IMG/VR virus record: IMGVR_UViG_3300048574_000501
Span: 1-40,965 of that record
From: a virus
Lineage: Duplodnaviria; Caudoviricetes
DNA length: 40,965 nucleotides
Strand: one strand, 5' to 3'
Each line of letters begins with the position of its first letter. Within the stretch, counting starts at the first letter, position 1. The notes below the pieces were generated by a model that saw nothing but the letters and a program-made list of their open reading frames with translations, did not search any database and was not told the DNA's origin. Position numbers and translations under genes: made by a program. Shown piece after piece: positions 18,242 through 27,904 of this stretch.

Positions 18242-19600
18242 TTGAGTCAAGAAAATCTAATACTATCTGAAAAATACAAAGCCTTTATAAGACATACGGC
18301 ACCGGTAGAGTTTCTTGAAGGAACAACAGCTGCGGGGAAAACGACAGTCGGGATATTCAAGTTCATGCTGTTGGTTGCCCAGAGCAAAAAGAAATATCAC
18401 ATAATAGCAGCCAAGGACACCGGTACTGCAGAAAAGAATATTATAAACAAGGATCTTGGAATCATTGATGATTTTGGTGTTCTCACTGAATACAATGGTA
18501 ACGGATCCAAGGATGAGAAAATACCTCATATCGTCTATCACACAAGCAAGGGTGATAAAATTGTTTACGTTATGGGTTATGCTGATAAAAAGAAATGGCA
18601 AAAGGCGCTGGGAGGTCAGTATGGATGCCTTTATATTGATGAAATTAATATAGCTGATATTGATTTCGTCCGAGAAGCCATAATGCGTGCTGATTATGTT
18701 ATGGCCACACTTAACCCGGATGATCCAAACCTGCCGGTGTATAAGGAATATATAAACTGCAGCAGGCCATTAGCTGAATGGGAGAAGGAAACGCCAAAAG
18801 AAATACGCGATATGTTAAAAGAGGAACCGAAGCCCGGCTGGGTACACTGGTTCTTTTCTTTTACTCATAATTTGGGGCTGACTAAAGAAAAGGTAGCCCA
18901 GATAATAATGAATGTGCCTAAAGGTACAAAGCTTTATAAAAATAAAATTCAGGGTTTAAGGGGTAGAGCTACTGGCTTGATTTTTGGGAACTTCACCCAT
19001 AAGCATAATGTCATAAGCAAGGAGAAGGCAAAAAAATATAAATTCCTATACTTTTCGGCTGGCCTGGACACAGCCTATTCTCAGCAGAGTCCGGATACCT
19101 TCGCATTTATCTATTTGGGCATAACGGATACTGGTAAAGTGGTAGTACTCAGTGAGGAAGTATATAACAACGCAAACCTTGACATACCTCTGGCACCTTC
19201 AGATATTGCCCCGAGGTTTTTTGCTTTCCTGGAACGCAACCGGAAAGACTGGGGATTTGCAAGAGATACATTTATTGATTCAGCGGATCAGGCAACCATA
19301 ACGGAGCTACGAAAGTACAAGCGTGAGCATGCTTGCTTATATAACTTCCTGGACGCGTATAAAAAAATAACGATTATAGACCGTATTCACTTGATGCTGG
19401 GCTGGATTAACTGCAATGATGTTATATTTTATGAGGTTGTAGATACTTGTGTAAACCATATTGGAGAGTTGGAGAGCTACAGCTGGAAAGAAGATAAGTA
19501 TGAGCCTGAGGACGCAAACGACCATACGGTTAATGCAAGTCAATACGGATGGATTCCGTTTAAAACAAAGATAGGAAACTACAAGGAGGGTAAAGCATGA
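18242..19600 (+). CDS. terL: Terminase large subunit
   Basis: Walker A GTTAAGKT, Walker B LYIDE, TLNP, nuclease domain with DANDH. Confidence 0.9.
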   Translation: MSQENLILSEKYKAFIRHTAPVEFLEGTTAAGKTTVGIFKFMLLVAQSKKKYHIIAAKDTGTAEKNIINKDLGIIDDFGVLTEYNGNGSKDEKIPHIVYHTSKGDKIVYVMGYADKKKWQKALGGQYGCLYIDEINIADIDFVREAIMRADYVMATLNPDDPNLPVYKEYINCSRPLAEWEKETPKEIRDMLKEEPKPGWVHWFFSFTHNLGLTKEKVAQIIMNVPKGTKLYKNKIQGLRGRATGLIFGNFTHKHNVISKEKAKKYKFLYFSAGLDTAYSQQSPDTFAFIYLGITDTGKVVVLSEEVYNNANLDIPLAPSDIAPRFFAFLERNRKDWGFARDTFIDSADQATITELRKYKREHACLYNFLDAYKKITIIDRIHLMLGWINCNDVIFYEVVDTCVNHIGELESYSWKEDKYEPEDANDHTVNASQYGWIPFKTKIGNYKEGKA

Positions 19601-21285
19601 GCCTGCTAGGGGGATTAAGAAATATGCTTATAAAAATACTTAAAATACAACCAGCGATTGAGAACAGAAACATTATTGTCAGAGAGCCGTTTTCTTTTGA
19701 AACAAATACTTTACGTAATAGATTATGGTATCGTGGTGAGCCATCAGAGCTTGAGCAATTTTTTAAACAAACAGCTTATGACCCGGTAAGTAAAGGGCGA
19801 TTTTGGGCAGCAGTTCCTTCCGATGGATTGGCAATTAGAAAAATACATTCCGGATTGCCTGCTATGATTGCAGATCGGCTATCGGATATCGTAATTGCTG
19901 ACCTTGATGGCATTGAACTCAAACAATCGGCAGAGACAGATTTGTGGAATGAAATAAGCAAGGATAATAAGGCTAATAAGCTTCTTGGTGAAGCTATAAC
20001 CAATACTTTAGTAGAAGGTGACGGAGCTTTTAAAATAACTATCGATACGGATATAACCCAATACCCTATGATTGAGTTCTACAGCGGAAATAATGTTGAC
20101 TATACATACAAACGTGGACGGCTGCAGGAAGTTATATTTTATACTGACTATACAGTAGGCCAGAAAGATTATAGGCTTGCTGAGGCGTATGGTAAGGGGT
20201 ATATCCGGTATAAGCTTTTCGATTCTACTACTGGCAAAGAAGTACTGCTTAATACTGTATCAGAAACTGCTGCGTTACAGGACATTACCTACACTGATAA
20301 GTTTATAATGGCTGTGCCTCTTATGTTTTTTAAATCTCCCAAATGGTCAGGTAGAGGCAAAAGTATTTTTGATGGTGGTAAGAGTGACGACTTCGATGCT
20401 CTTGACGAGGTTATATCACAGTGGGTGGATGCAGTCCGGTCAGGAAGGGTACAGAAGTATATTCCTGAAGACCTTATACCAAAGAATCCGGAAACAGGTG
20501 CTCTATTAAAGCCGAATCCCTTCGATAATCAGTTTATTGCTATTGGATCCAGCTTGGCTGAGGACAGTAAAAACAAAATAGAAACTGTTCAACCTCAGAT
20601 TATGTTTGAGGCTTTTGTTGCAAGTTATTCCAGTATACTTGATGTTTGTTTACAGGGTATTATAAGCCCATCAACACTGGGCATTGATCTCAAGAAAACG
20701 GATAATGCAGAAGCTCAGAGAGAAAAGGAAAAAGCTACACTGTACACTAGGGGCAAGATAATTGATGCTCTTAACGATGTTATACCTCAATTAGCCGATG
20801 TTGTCTTAAAAGTGTATGACTTGATGAATGAGCATACAGCTGGTGAATATGAAGCGACTGTTAAATTTGGAGAATATGCAAGTCCAAGTTTTGATACGGT
20901 GGTAGAAACGATAGGCAAAGCAAAAACATACGGGATAATGTCAACAGAGCAGTGTATTGAAGAATTATACGGAGATACCTGGACCGATGAGGATAAAGCT
21001 ACAGAAGTGTTAAGAATTAAGACAGAACAGGGATTAATGACAACAGATGAGCCTGCTGTTGCAGGGCAGGATGGTGATATAAATGCCGAAGAAGATACAA
21101 CTGGCGTTAACAGCGCTAAGTCACTGAACCTTAACGGTGCGCAGATGGCCAGTTTACTCGCTGTGGTAAGGTCGGTTAAGGCAGGAGAGATATCTAGTGC
21201 TGCCGCAATAGCCCTGGTAACAAGTTCGTTTGGTATGACCGATGTTCAGGCCAGAAGCATACTCGAAGATAACAATGCGATTTAA
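19597..21285 (+). CDS. Portal protein
   Basis: Follows terL, 562 aa. GRGKSIFD...LDEVISQW and SPSTLG are portal-like motifs. Confidence 0.85.
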   Translation: MSLLGGLRNMLIKILKIQPAIENRNIIVREPFSFETNTLRNRLWYRGEPSELEQFFKQTAYDPVSKGRFWAAVPSDGLAIRKIHSGLPAMIADRLSDIVIADLDGIELKQSAETDLWNEISKDNKANKLLGEAITNTLVEGDGAFKITIDTDITQYPMIEFYSGNNVDYTYKRGRLQEVIFYTDYTVGQKDYRLAEAYGKGYIRYKLFDSTTGKEVLLNTVSETAALQDITYTDKFIMAVPLMFFKSPKWSGRGKSIFDGGKSDDFDALDEVISQWVDAVRSGRVQKYIPEDLIPKNPETGALLKPNPFDNQFIAIGSSLAEDSKNKIETVQPQIMFEAFVASYSSILDVCLQGIISPSTLGIDLKKTDNAEAQREKEKATLYTRGKIIDALNDVIPQLADVVLKVYDLMNEHTAGEYEATVKFGEYASPSFDTVVETIGKAKTYGIMSTEQCIEELYGDTWTDEDKATEVLRIKTEQGLMTTDEPAVAGQDGDINAEEDTTGVNSAKSLNLNGAQMASLLAVVRSVKAGEISSAAAIALVTSSFGMTDVQARSILEDNNAI

Positions 21286-21299
21286 AGGGGGTTAGAGCC

Positions 21300-22838
21300 A
21301 TAGCTAATAATTATGATATACGTAAAATCTTTGACGATATGGCCCTTGACCTTATACAGTCGCAAAGGAGAACATTCCTTCGACACCAGGGGGAGCAACT
21401 AAAAGAGGGCTTCCAGTGGGAGCAGTGGCAACTTGCAAAGCTCCGGGAACTGAATAAATACCGGCAAGCAAATAAGAAATTAATTGATGGTTATAGTCCG
21501 GACATTGATAGGCTCATCGATGAAGTACTAACCGGTAGCTATACAAAGGGCGAAAGAAATGTAGAGAAAGCGATTGAGGATGTATGGCAGCTTGAGATAG
21601 AAACCCCTGACGGAGAGATAAATCCGGAGCTCTTGAAAAAGTATACAACTGATGAAATAGCAGCTCTGAAGGAAACTAAAAGCATAATCGAAGCTGCTGC
21701 AAAGCTGCCTAAAGCATCTGGCACAGATACCTTTTTCGGCATTAATGATAAAAAGCTTCAGGCTTTGCAGCAGGTCGTAAAGGGTGACATGCGGAAAGCT
21801 CAGCATGCAGTCCTCAGAAAGATGGACGACGTATACCGGCAGACGATATTCAAGTCACAGATATACATGAGCTCTGGAGCTACATCTCTAAATCAAGCAA
21901 TAGACATGGCAACGAAAGACTTCCTTTCACAGGGTATTAACTGTATTCAGTACAAGGATGGCAAAATGGTTAATGTCGCATCATGGGCAGAGATGTCACT
22001 CAGGACAGCAAGTCACCGGGCAACGATGCTGGGCGAAGGCAAAAAAATGGATGAATGGAATCTGCACCTTATTGTAATTACTGCCCACGGTAATACTTGT
22101 GAAATGTGTCTGCCCTGGCAGGGTAAAGTCTTAATTGATAATGTGTTTTCATCCGGTAAGTCTGATGGCAAGCATACTCTTTTATCAGTTGCTATTGATG
22201 CCGGGCTATTTCATCCGAACTGCAGACATTCAAAGGCGATATATTTTGAGGGAATTACACAAATACCTACTGCCCCAGTAGATGATGAGACAGCTGGTGC
22301 TCGTTATAATGCTGAACAAAAGCAGCGAACCATAGAAAATAATATCCGAAAGTACAAACGGTTCGAAGCTGGTTCTACTGATGCTGAGAACGTGAACAAA
22401 GCTTCTGATAAGGTAAAGGAGTGGCAGTGGAATCTTAGGCAGCACTTAAAGGATAATCCTTATCTGAGGCGAAGAGACCGAGCAAGTAAAGGTATTGAAA
22501 AAAATGGTAGTAGTGATATACTTAGTGATAGAAAGTGGCTTAAGGCTCCATTCTCAACTCAAAAAAAATTCGATAAACATATTGAAAAGCATTTAAGTGA
22601 ATATGGGAATATTACACCTGAACAGTACTTGAATAAGGCGAGAGACTTATTAGCTACTCCGCTTAGTGAGGATATTGAGGGCTTTGTTATTAAAGAAGGT
22701 TTTATATTTAAATACCGCATAAGTACAAACGATTTTTCGGTTGGTAGGGCTGACGGTAGAATATCAACACTATATAAACCAACAGAGGGGTATGAACACT
22801 GGCTAAAAGAAATCGAGAAATTTAAGAAGGAGGAATAA
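21300..22838 (+). CDS. Minor capsid / MuF-like head morphogenesis protein with a C-terminal extension (RBS-linked start is ATA at 21300; first ATG is 21339)
   Basis: CEMCLPWQGKV...GLFHPNCRH motif, position after the portal, about 105 extra residues at the C-terminus. Confidence 0.85.
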   Translation: MANNYDIRKIFDDMALDLIQSQRRTFLRHQGEQLKEGFQWEQWQLAKLRELNKYRQANKKLIDGYSPDIDRLIDEVLTGSYTKGERNVEKAIEDVWQLEIETPDGEINPELLKKYTTDEIAALKETKSIIEAAAKLPKASGTDTFFGINDKKLQALQQVVKGDMRKAQHAVLRKMDDVYRQTIFKSQIYMSSGATSLNQAIDMATKDFLSQGINCIQYKDGKMVNVASWAEMSLRTASHRATMLGEGKKMDEWNLHLIVITAHGNTCEMCLPWQGKVLIDNVFSSGKSDGKHTLLSVAIDAGLFHPNCRHSKAIYFEGITQIPTAPVDDETAGARYNAEQKQRTIENNIRKYKRFEAGSTDAENVNKASDKVKEWQWNLRQHLKDNPYLRRRDRASKGIEKNGSSDILSDRKWLKAPFSTQKKFDKHIEKHLSEYGNITPEQYLNKARDLLATPLSEDIEGFVIKEGFIFKYRISTNDFSVGRADGRISTLYKPTEGYEHWLKEIEKFKKEE

Positions 22839-22841
22839 CTT

Positions 22842-23021
22842 GTGGAGCATACTTTAACCTGTCCCGTATGTGGCACAGAAGTTGAGAGGTATGATATTTG
22901 TGATAATTGCGGATACCAAAACAGCGGACCTAAAGAGAAAGAAGGGGATCCTCTAGGTCCCAATAAAATGACATTGAAGGAAGCAAGAGAAGCTTATAAA
23001 AAAGGTGAAAAAATAGTTTAG
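22842..23021 (+). CDS. CPCC-family cysteine-rich protein, 59 aa (putative immunity protein; not in the ORF track)
   Basis: RBS AAGGAGG then GTG. Translates as MEHTLTCPVCGTEVERYDICDNCGYQNSG...GPNKMTLKEAREAY. Confidence 0.8.
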   Translation: MEHTLTCPVCGTEVERYDICDNCGYQNSGPKEKEGDPLGPNKMTLKEAREAYKKGEKIV

Positions 23022-23052
23022 AAGCATTTACTGTTAATCGGTAGGTGCTTTT
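23022..23052 (+). terminator. Terminator hairpin (related copy at 23239-23269; third hairpin at 23281-23309)
   Basis: AAGCATTTACT...GGTAGGTGCTT followed by TT. Confidence 0.6.
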
Positions 23053-23399
23053 ATATTAATATAAATAGGATAGGAGCTGATTATATTAAAACTATAAAGA
23101 GAGTATTTGACCCAATAATATGGGGACTACAGAAGGTACCTGAATTAATAGATGAGGTACTAAATTATAAATTACATGATTTCTTTAGTCAATTTATTGT
23201 AGAGTTATCCGAGGTCATAAAAACAAGAAATAGAGTATAGCATTTACCAATAAGATGGTAAGTGCTTTTATTATGCTATTAAAGTGCTCTCATTAGAGGG
23301 TGCTTTTTTATTTTAGCCTTTTTGGTATTACAGGCGAAAAAGAATAAGACGTCACTGGTCGAGACCAGGATAAAAAACGAAGATGAAAGGATGATTGAC

Positions 23400-23990
23400 A
23401 TGACAAAAGAACAATTTATCGCACTTGGATTTACCGAGGAGCAGGCAACAAAAGCGGCTACAGCATCAGCAGAGGAACTAAAGACTTATATTCCCAAACA
23501 TCGTTTTGATGAGGTTAATGAGGAAAATAAGACGTTGAAGGTAACAGTCAAGGACAATGCAACACAGCTTGAAACTCTTAAGGCCGCTGCGGGAGCTTCT
23601 GAAGAAATGAAAAAGACAATTGAAACCCTACAGACTGATAACAAAAAGAAGGATGAAGAACATCAAGCGAATCTGAAAGATATTACTCTTACTAACGCTA
23701 TTAAGATTGCTTTAGCTGGTAAGGTACATGATGAAACTCTGGCAGTAGGATTGGTTGATAAGACTAAGCTTGTTATCGATGGTGACAAAGTGGTTGGTCT
23801 TGATGAGCAGCTGAAAGGACTTAAAGAAACAAAATCATTTCTTTTCAAGCCTGATAATAACCAGACACAGAAGCCAGGCTTCAAGGTAGGAACTGATGGT
23901 CAACAGCAACAACAGCAAGATAATAAAGTAAGTATGAAAGATGCGATAGCTGCAAGAATTCAGATGCAGCAATCACAGCAAACTCAATAA
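23400..23990 (+). CDS. Phage scaffolding protein (GP20-like); start at 23391 or 23400
   Basis: MTKEQFIALG...YIPKHRFDEVNEE coiled coil, GLDEQL...FLF. Precedes the major capsid gene. Confidence 0.85.
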   Translation: MTKEQFIALGFTEEQATKAATASAEELKTYIPKHRFDEVNEENKTLKVTVKDNATQLETLKAAAGASEEMKKTIETLQTDNKKKDEEHQANLKDITLTNAIKIALAGKVHDETLAVGLVDKTKLVIDGDKVVGLDEQLKGLKETKSFLFKPDNNQTQKPGFKVGTDGQQQQQQDNKVSMKDAIAARIQMQQSQQTQ

Positions 23991-24010
23991 AAAAGGAAGG
24001 ATGATTATTA

Positions 24011-24976
24011 ATGGCTATTACATTAGCAGAAGCAAGTAAAAATGTGCAGGACGATTTGCAGTCAGGGGTTATTGATGAATTCCGTAAATCTAACTGGATA
24101 ATGGATCACATCACCTTTGATGATGTTGTATCTCCAGTGGGTGGAGGAGCAACAATGACCTATTCCTATGCAAGACTTAAAACACAACCTACAGCTAGAT
24201 TCAGATCAGTGAATAGTGAGTACAGCCCACAGACAGTTGAAAAAGAACTGCAGCATACAACTCTTAAGGTGTTTGGTGGATCCTACGAAATTGACCGTAT
24301 CATAGCTAATATGGGCGGTATTGTAAACGAGGTTGATTTGCAGCAATCTCAGAAGATAAAGGCAGCAAATGCACTGTTCAATGACACCTTTATCAATGGT
24401 GACAGTGGCGTAGATGAAAATGCATTTGACGGGCTTGAAAAGGCACTCGCAGGAAGCTCTACCGAGTACAATGTCGGTGGATCAGGAACAGTTATTGACC
24501 TATCAACTTCTACGGCTATAACTACAAATTACATGGAGTTCCTTGATATGCTGGATGAATTCCTATCAGGGCTTGATGGAACACCGTCCTTTATAGGTGG
24601 TAATGCAAAGCTTATAGCAAAACTAAGAGCATGTGCAAGACGTGCATCAATGTACCAAGTAACAAAGAACGATTTCGGTCAGCAAGTAGAATCGTATGGC
24701 CCAATTCCTTTTGTTGATCTCGGCGCTAAAGCTGGAAGTAATGACGATGTTATTGCAACAGATGCAGCAACAGGCACTACTTCACTCTATGTTGCAAGGT
24801 TAGGACTTGATGGCTTACATGCTGTTTCTATGGCTAATCAAGCACCAGTTAAAACTTGGCTACCTGACTTCTCCACATCAGGAGCTGTAAAGAAAGGCGA
24901 AGTTGAAATGACTGCTGCTATTGCCTTAAAGGCCACAAAGGCAGCCGGAGTATTCAGAAAAATAAAAGTGAAGTAA
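24011..24976 (+). CDS. Major capsid protein
   Basis: MAITLAEA...FRSVNSEY...FINGD...FDGL, 321 aa, follows the scaffold gene. Confidence 0.9.
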   Translation: MAITLAEASKNVQDDLQSGVIDEFRKSNWIMDHITFDDVVSPVGGGATMTYSYARLKTQPTARFRSVNSEYSPQTVEKELQHTTLKVFGGSYEIDRIIANMGGIVNEVDLQQSQKIKAANALFNDTFINGDSGVDENAFDGLEKALAGSSTEYNVGGSGTVIDLSTSTAITTNYMEFLDMLDEFLSGLDGTPSFIGGNAKLIAKLRACARRASMYQVTKNDFGQQVESYGPIPFVDLGAKAGSNDDVIATDAATGTTSLYVARLGLDGLHAVSMANQAPVKTWLPDFSTSGAVKKGEVEMTAAIALKATKAAGVFRKIKVK

Positions 24977-24989
24977 GGAGGATTAGGAT

Positions 24990-25274
24990 ATGGCTAAAAT
25001 ATTTGCTCCAAATAAAGATTACACTGGCATATCTGCTAGTGTTGGATTTGCAAAAGGGGTTGGTGAGACAACGGACCCTAATTTAATTGAATGGTTTAAA
25101 ACTCATGGTTACACGGTTGAGGAAGAAGCTGTATCTGATGATGAGTTCAAAGGAAAAACAGTTGAAGAACTGAAGGCATATGCTACCGAAAATGGTATAG
25201 ATATCGGTAATTCAACAAGTATTAACGGAATCATTAAAAAGATTCAGGACTCACAAAAGAAAGCCGGTGAGTAA
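24990..25274 (+). CDS. Small head-associated protein with a HeH/Rho-N-like C-terminus
   Basis: KTVEELKAYATENGIDI; position after the major capsid gene. Confidence 0.65.
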   Translation: MAKIFAPNKDYTGISASVGFAKGVGETTDPNLIEWFKTHGYTVEEEAVSDDEFKGKTVEELKAYATENGIDIGNSTSINGIIKKIQDSQKKAGE

Positions 25275-25276
25275 TT

Positions 25277-25639
25277 ATGGCCTATGCTAATGCGGAGTAT
25301 TACAAAAATACATACAGCGGGACTGTTATACCTGATGAGGAATTGACCCGGCAGCTCGATATTGCTTCAGATCAGATTGATAGTATGACATTTAACCGTA
25401 TAGTGTCAACCGGAATCGAAGGTTTGACAGATTTTCAGCAAAACAGGGTCAAGAAAGCTGTATGCATTCATGCAGACTTCCAGTATCAATACGGCGCCTA
25501 TCTCAACATGCCATTGTCCGGGTACTCTGCAGGCAGCATAAGCCTTTCCTTTAAGTCTGTAGACGCCGGAGGGGTAAAGACTTCCGAAGAAGTGACAAAC
25601 CTGCTTAAAGCCACAGGGTTAATAGACAGGAGGCTATGA
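25277..25639 (+). CDS. Head-tail adaptor
   Basis: MAYANAEYY...ASDQIDSMT...LKATGL; synteny. Confidence 0.75.
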   Translation: MAYANAEYYKNTYSGTVIPDEELTRQLDIASDQIDSMTFNRIVSTGIEGLTDFQQNRVKKAVCIHADFQYQYGAYLNMPLSGYSAGSISLSFKSVDAGGVKTSEEVTNLLKATGLIDRRL

Positions 25640-25959
25640 GTATGAAGTTACCTTTTCCTGACTGGATACTCGTTACACCGATTAAAATTTTTCAGGAGAC
25701 CATGGGAGAGAATGGGATAACAGAGGAATTAATTTTTGACGGCAAGTGCTGTTATGATGATAAAACAAAGCAGGTACTTGATGCAGAACGCAGACTTGTG
25801 ACTCTTGCCGGTAAAGTTATTCTAAAAGGTGATATTTATCCGGATAAAGAAATCTCCGGATATGCCATGTTTGGTGAGAAGAAAAATACTATACTCCGGA
25901 CAGCTCGTCCACACAATCCTGACGGCTCTGTATTTTCTACTGAATTGGAGTTGATTTAA
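25636..25959 (+). CDS. Head closure / head-tail joining protein
   Basis: Synteny, overlapping start/stop, C-terminal RPHNPDGSV. Confidence 0.65.
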   Translation: MSMKLPFPDWILVTPIKIFQETMGENGITEELIFDGKCCYDDKTKQVLDAERRLVTLAGKVILKGDIYPDKEISGYAMFGEKKNTILRTARPHNPDGSVFSTELELI

Positions 25960-26342
25960 TGGCTATTAAGGTAAATGTGAAAATGAATCATGGGGCACTA
26001 GGCAAATTAAGTAATGCACAGAAGCAGGCCATAGAAATGACGACAGAGGCTGTTAAATCTGATGTCACATTATCGGCTACAGTCCCAAAAGATACAGGAG
26101 AATTAGAACGTAGCGCTTTTGTAGATGCATCCAAGTTAGGAGAAGGAAAAACCCGACTTACTTATGACACTCCATACGCCCGCCGAGTATACTGGCATCC
26201 CGAAAGTAATTTTAGGACTGACAAAAATGCAAGTGCTCAAGGGAAATGGCTTCAGACATATATTGATGGACCCAAGCGAAAATTCGCTAAGGATGTTTTT
26301 AAAAAGCTATATAGAAAACTGACCGGGGGTGTTGTCAAATGA
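25959..26342 (+). CDS. Neck / minor capsid protein
   Basis: VPKDTGELERS...YDTPYARRVYW motif. Confidence 0.75.
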   Translation: MAIKVNVKMNHGALGKLSNAQKQAIEMTTEAVKSDVTLSATVPKDTGELERSAFVDASKLGEGKTRLTYDTPYARRVYWHPESNFRTDKNASAQGKWLQTYIDGPKRKFAKDVFKKLYRKLTGGVVK

Positions 26343-26743
26343 CACTTGCTGAAGTAAAAGACTGGCTTAAAGCCCAGGTAAATTGCCCTAATTGGTATAT
26401 TGGGAAGATTGACGGCAGTAAAGAACGGTGTATTGGAATTTATAGCGTGGATGGTCCGACTCCTAATATTGCACTTGGAGGATTGGAATGTACGAGCTAT
26501 GCCGCAAAAGCGGTATCTATACTAATACATTGGGGCAAAGATGCCGACATAGCTGAGCAGAAAGCCCAGGAGATATATAACTGCTTGTATGGTAAATCTG
26601 CTGTTATAGGTGGTAAACGAGTAGTGATTTTTTTAATGAGGACCCCCGAACCTGTGGGAGTAGGCACTGATAACAATAATATGTATGAGTATGTTATTGA
26701 ATCAGTAATTTATTATGATAAGGAGGTAATGACAAATGATTAA
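26339..26743 (+). CDS. Tail terminator / minor capsid protein
   Basis: Synteny, immediately before the tail tube gene. Confidence 0.7.
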   Translation: MTLAEVKDWLKAQVNCPNWYIGKIDGSKERCIGIYSVDGPTPNIALGGLECTSYAAKAVSILIHWGKDADIAEQKAQEIYNCLYGKSAVIGGKRVVIFLMRTPEPVGVGTDNNNMYEYVIESVIYYDKEVMTND

Positions 26744-27209
26744 AAATATTAACATACAGCTGTTTGCTGCAGGGACAGGAGTATTCCCTGTACATAATAA
26801 CAAGTTCAAGATAGGGACTGCCGGTAGAGCATCAACTACAGAAGAGATGCTCGTTATAAAGGACCTGGAAACATTTAGCCCTTCGATAGATGGAAATACC
26901 GAAGAATGGACGCCTATGGATACAGCAGGATGGGTACGCCGGGCAGTTACCGGTAAGGGTTTGACGTTCAGCTTTTCCGGTAAGCGCCACTATGGAGATC
27001 CAGGGAATGATTATATTGGTGGTCTGCTTTTAGGAACAGGGCAGGATGTAGAAAGCAAATTCGAGTGGGAATTCCCTTCAGGAGCAAAGCTAACAATGGA
27101 TTGTGTAATTAACTTGACAACACCTGCAGGTGGGGACAGTACGAATATAGATACACTGGAGTTTGAGCTCTTAAGTGATGGGCTTCCAGTATTCACACCG
27201 GCTACTTAA
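26736..27209 (+). CDS. Major tail tube protein
   Basis: 157 aa, GWVRRAVTGK...DPGNDY...SDGLP. Followed by a hairpin and the chaperone genes. Confidence 0.8.
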   Translation: MIKNINIQLFAAGTGVFPVHNNKFKIGTAGRASTTEEMLVIKDLETFSPSIDGNTEEWTPMDTAGWVRRAVTGKGLTFSFSGKRHYGDPGNDYIGGLLLGTGQDVESKFEWEFPSGAKLTMDCVINLTTPAGGDSTNIDTLEFELLSDGLPVFTPAT

Positions 27210-27225
27210 TCGTGGCCGGTTTTAT
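27198..27225 (+). terminator. Terminator/attenuator after the tail tube gene
   Basis: ACCGGCTAC-ttaatc-GTGGCCGGT followed by TTT. Confidence 0.6.
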
Positions 27226-27246
27226 TTATGAGAGGAGATTGAAGCA

Positions 27247-27549
27247 ATGTCAAAAGTGATTAATATTACGGACAAATTGAGCAATGAAAAGCCTTCTATT
27301 CAAATAGGAGATAAGATATATCAAATAAATGACAGTGTAGAGACTGTTTTAAAATTTGAAGAATTAATGTCAATTGGTACATCAGAAGCATTAGTCGAGG
27401 CTATTTCAACATCACTTGGAAAGGAGTCGCTAAAAGAAATTAGTTTGAAAAAGATGTCAATTGACAATTTTAAAGTTCTCACAATTGCCATAACGGCGTC
27501 AGTACAAGGTATCGAATATGAGGAAGCAGCTGCCCGATTTCAAAAATAA
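27247..27549 (+). CDS. Tail assembly chaperone (gpG-like)
   Basis: Between the tail tube and tape measure genes. Strong RBS AGGAG. Confidence 0.75.
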   Translation: MSKVINITDKLSNEKPSIQIGDKIYQINDSVETVLKFEELMSIGTSEALVEAISTSLGKESLKEISLKKMSIDNFKVLTIAITASVQGIEYEEAAARFQK

Positions 27550-27904
27550 CAGTAATGAATCCTATTACGATTTGAGAGAAGATTGGGCATTAATAGAAGC
27601 CAGCCTTGCTGCTCAGTACGGCATTCGCATAAGGCAGAATGCGGACATACCTTGGAATGAGTTTTGTACTCTTGTGGCCGGGCTTATGCCAGAAACGCCT
27701 CTCGGCAACATAGTTACTATCAGGTCAGAGAAGGACCGTAAAGTTATAAAAAATTTTACACCGGCGCAACGCAAAATTTATAGCGATTGGCAGCTCAGAG
27801 CTGCCAATACGAAGCTCAATAATCCTGAGCAGCTTGAGAAAAGCATGAAAAACTTTGAAATGGCATTTGCACAAATGTTTGGAGGTGGTGGCAATGTCGG
27901 ATAG
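27518..27904 (+). CDS. Tail assembly chaperone C-terminal part (gpT / Gp15-like), probably reached by frameshift
   Basis: YYDLREDWALIEASLAAQYGIR...TPLGNIVTIRSE. Overlaps the upstream ORF and has no RBS. Confidence 0.7.
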   Translation: MRKQLPDFKNNSNESYYDLREDWALIEASLAAQYGIRIRQNADIPWNEFCTLVAGLMPETPLGNIVTIRSEKDRKVIKNFTPAQRKIYSDWQLRAANTKLNNPEQLEKSMKNFEMAFAQMFGGGGNVG

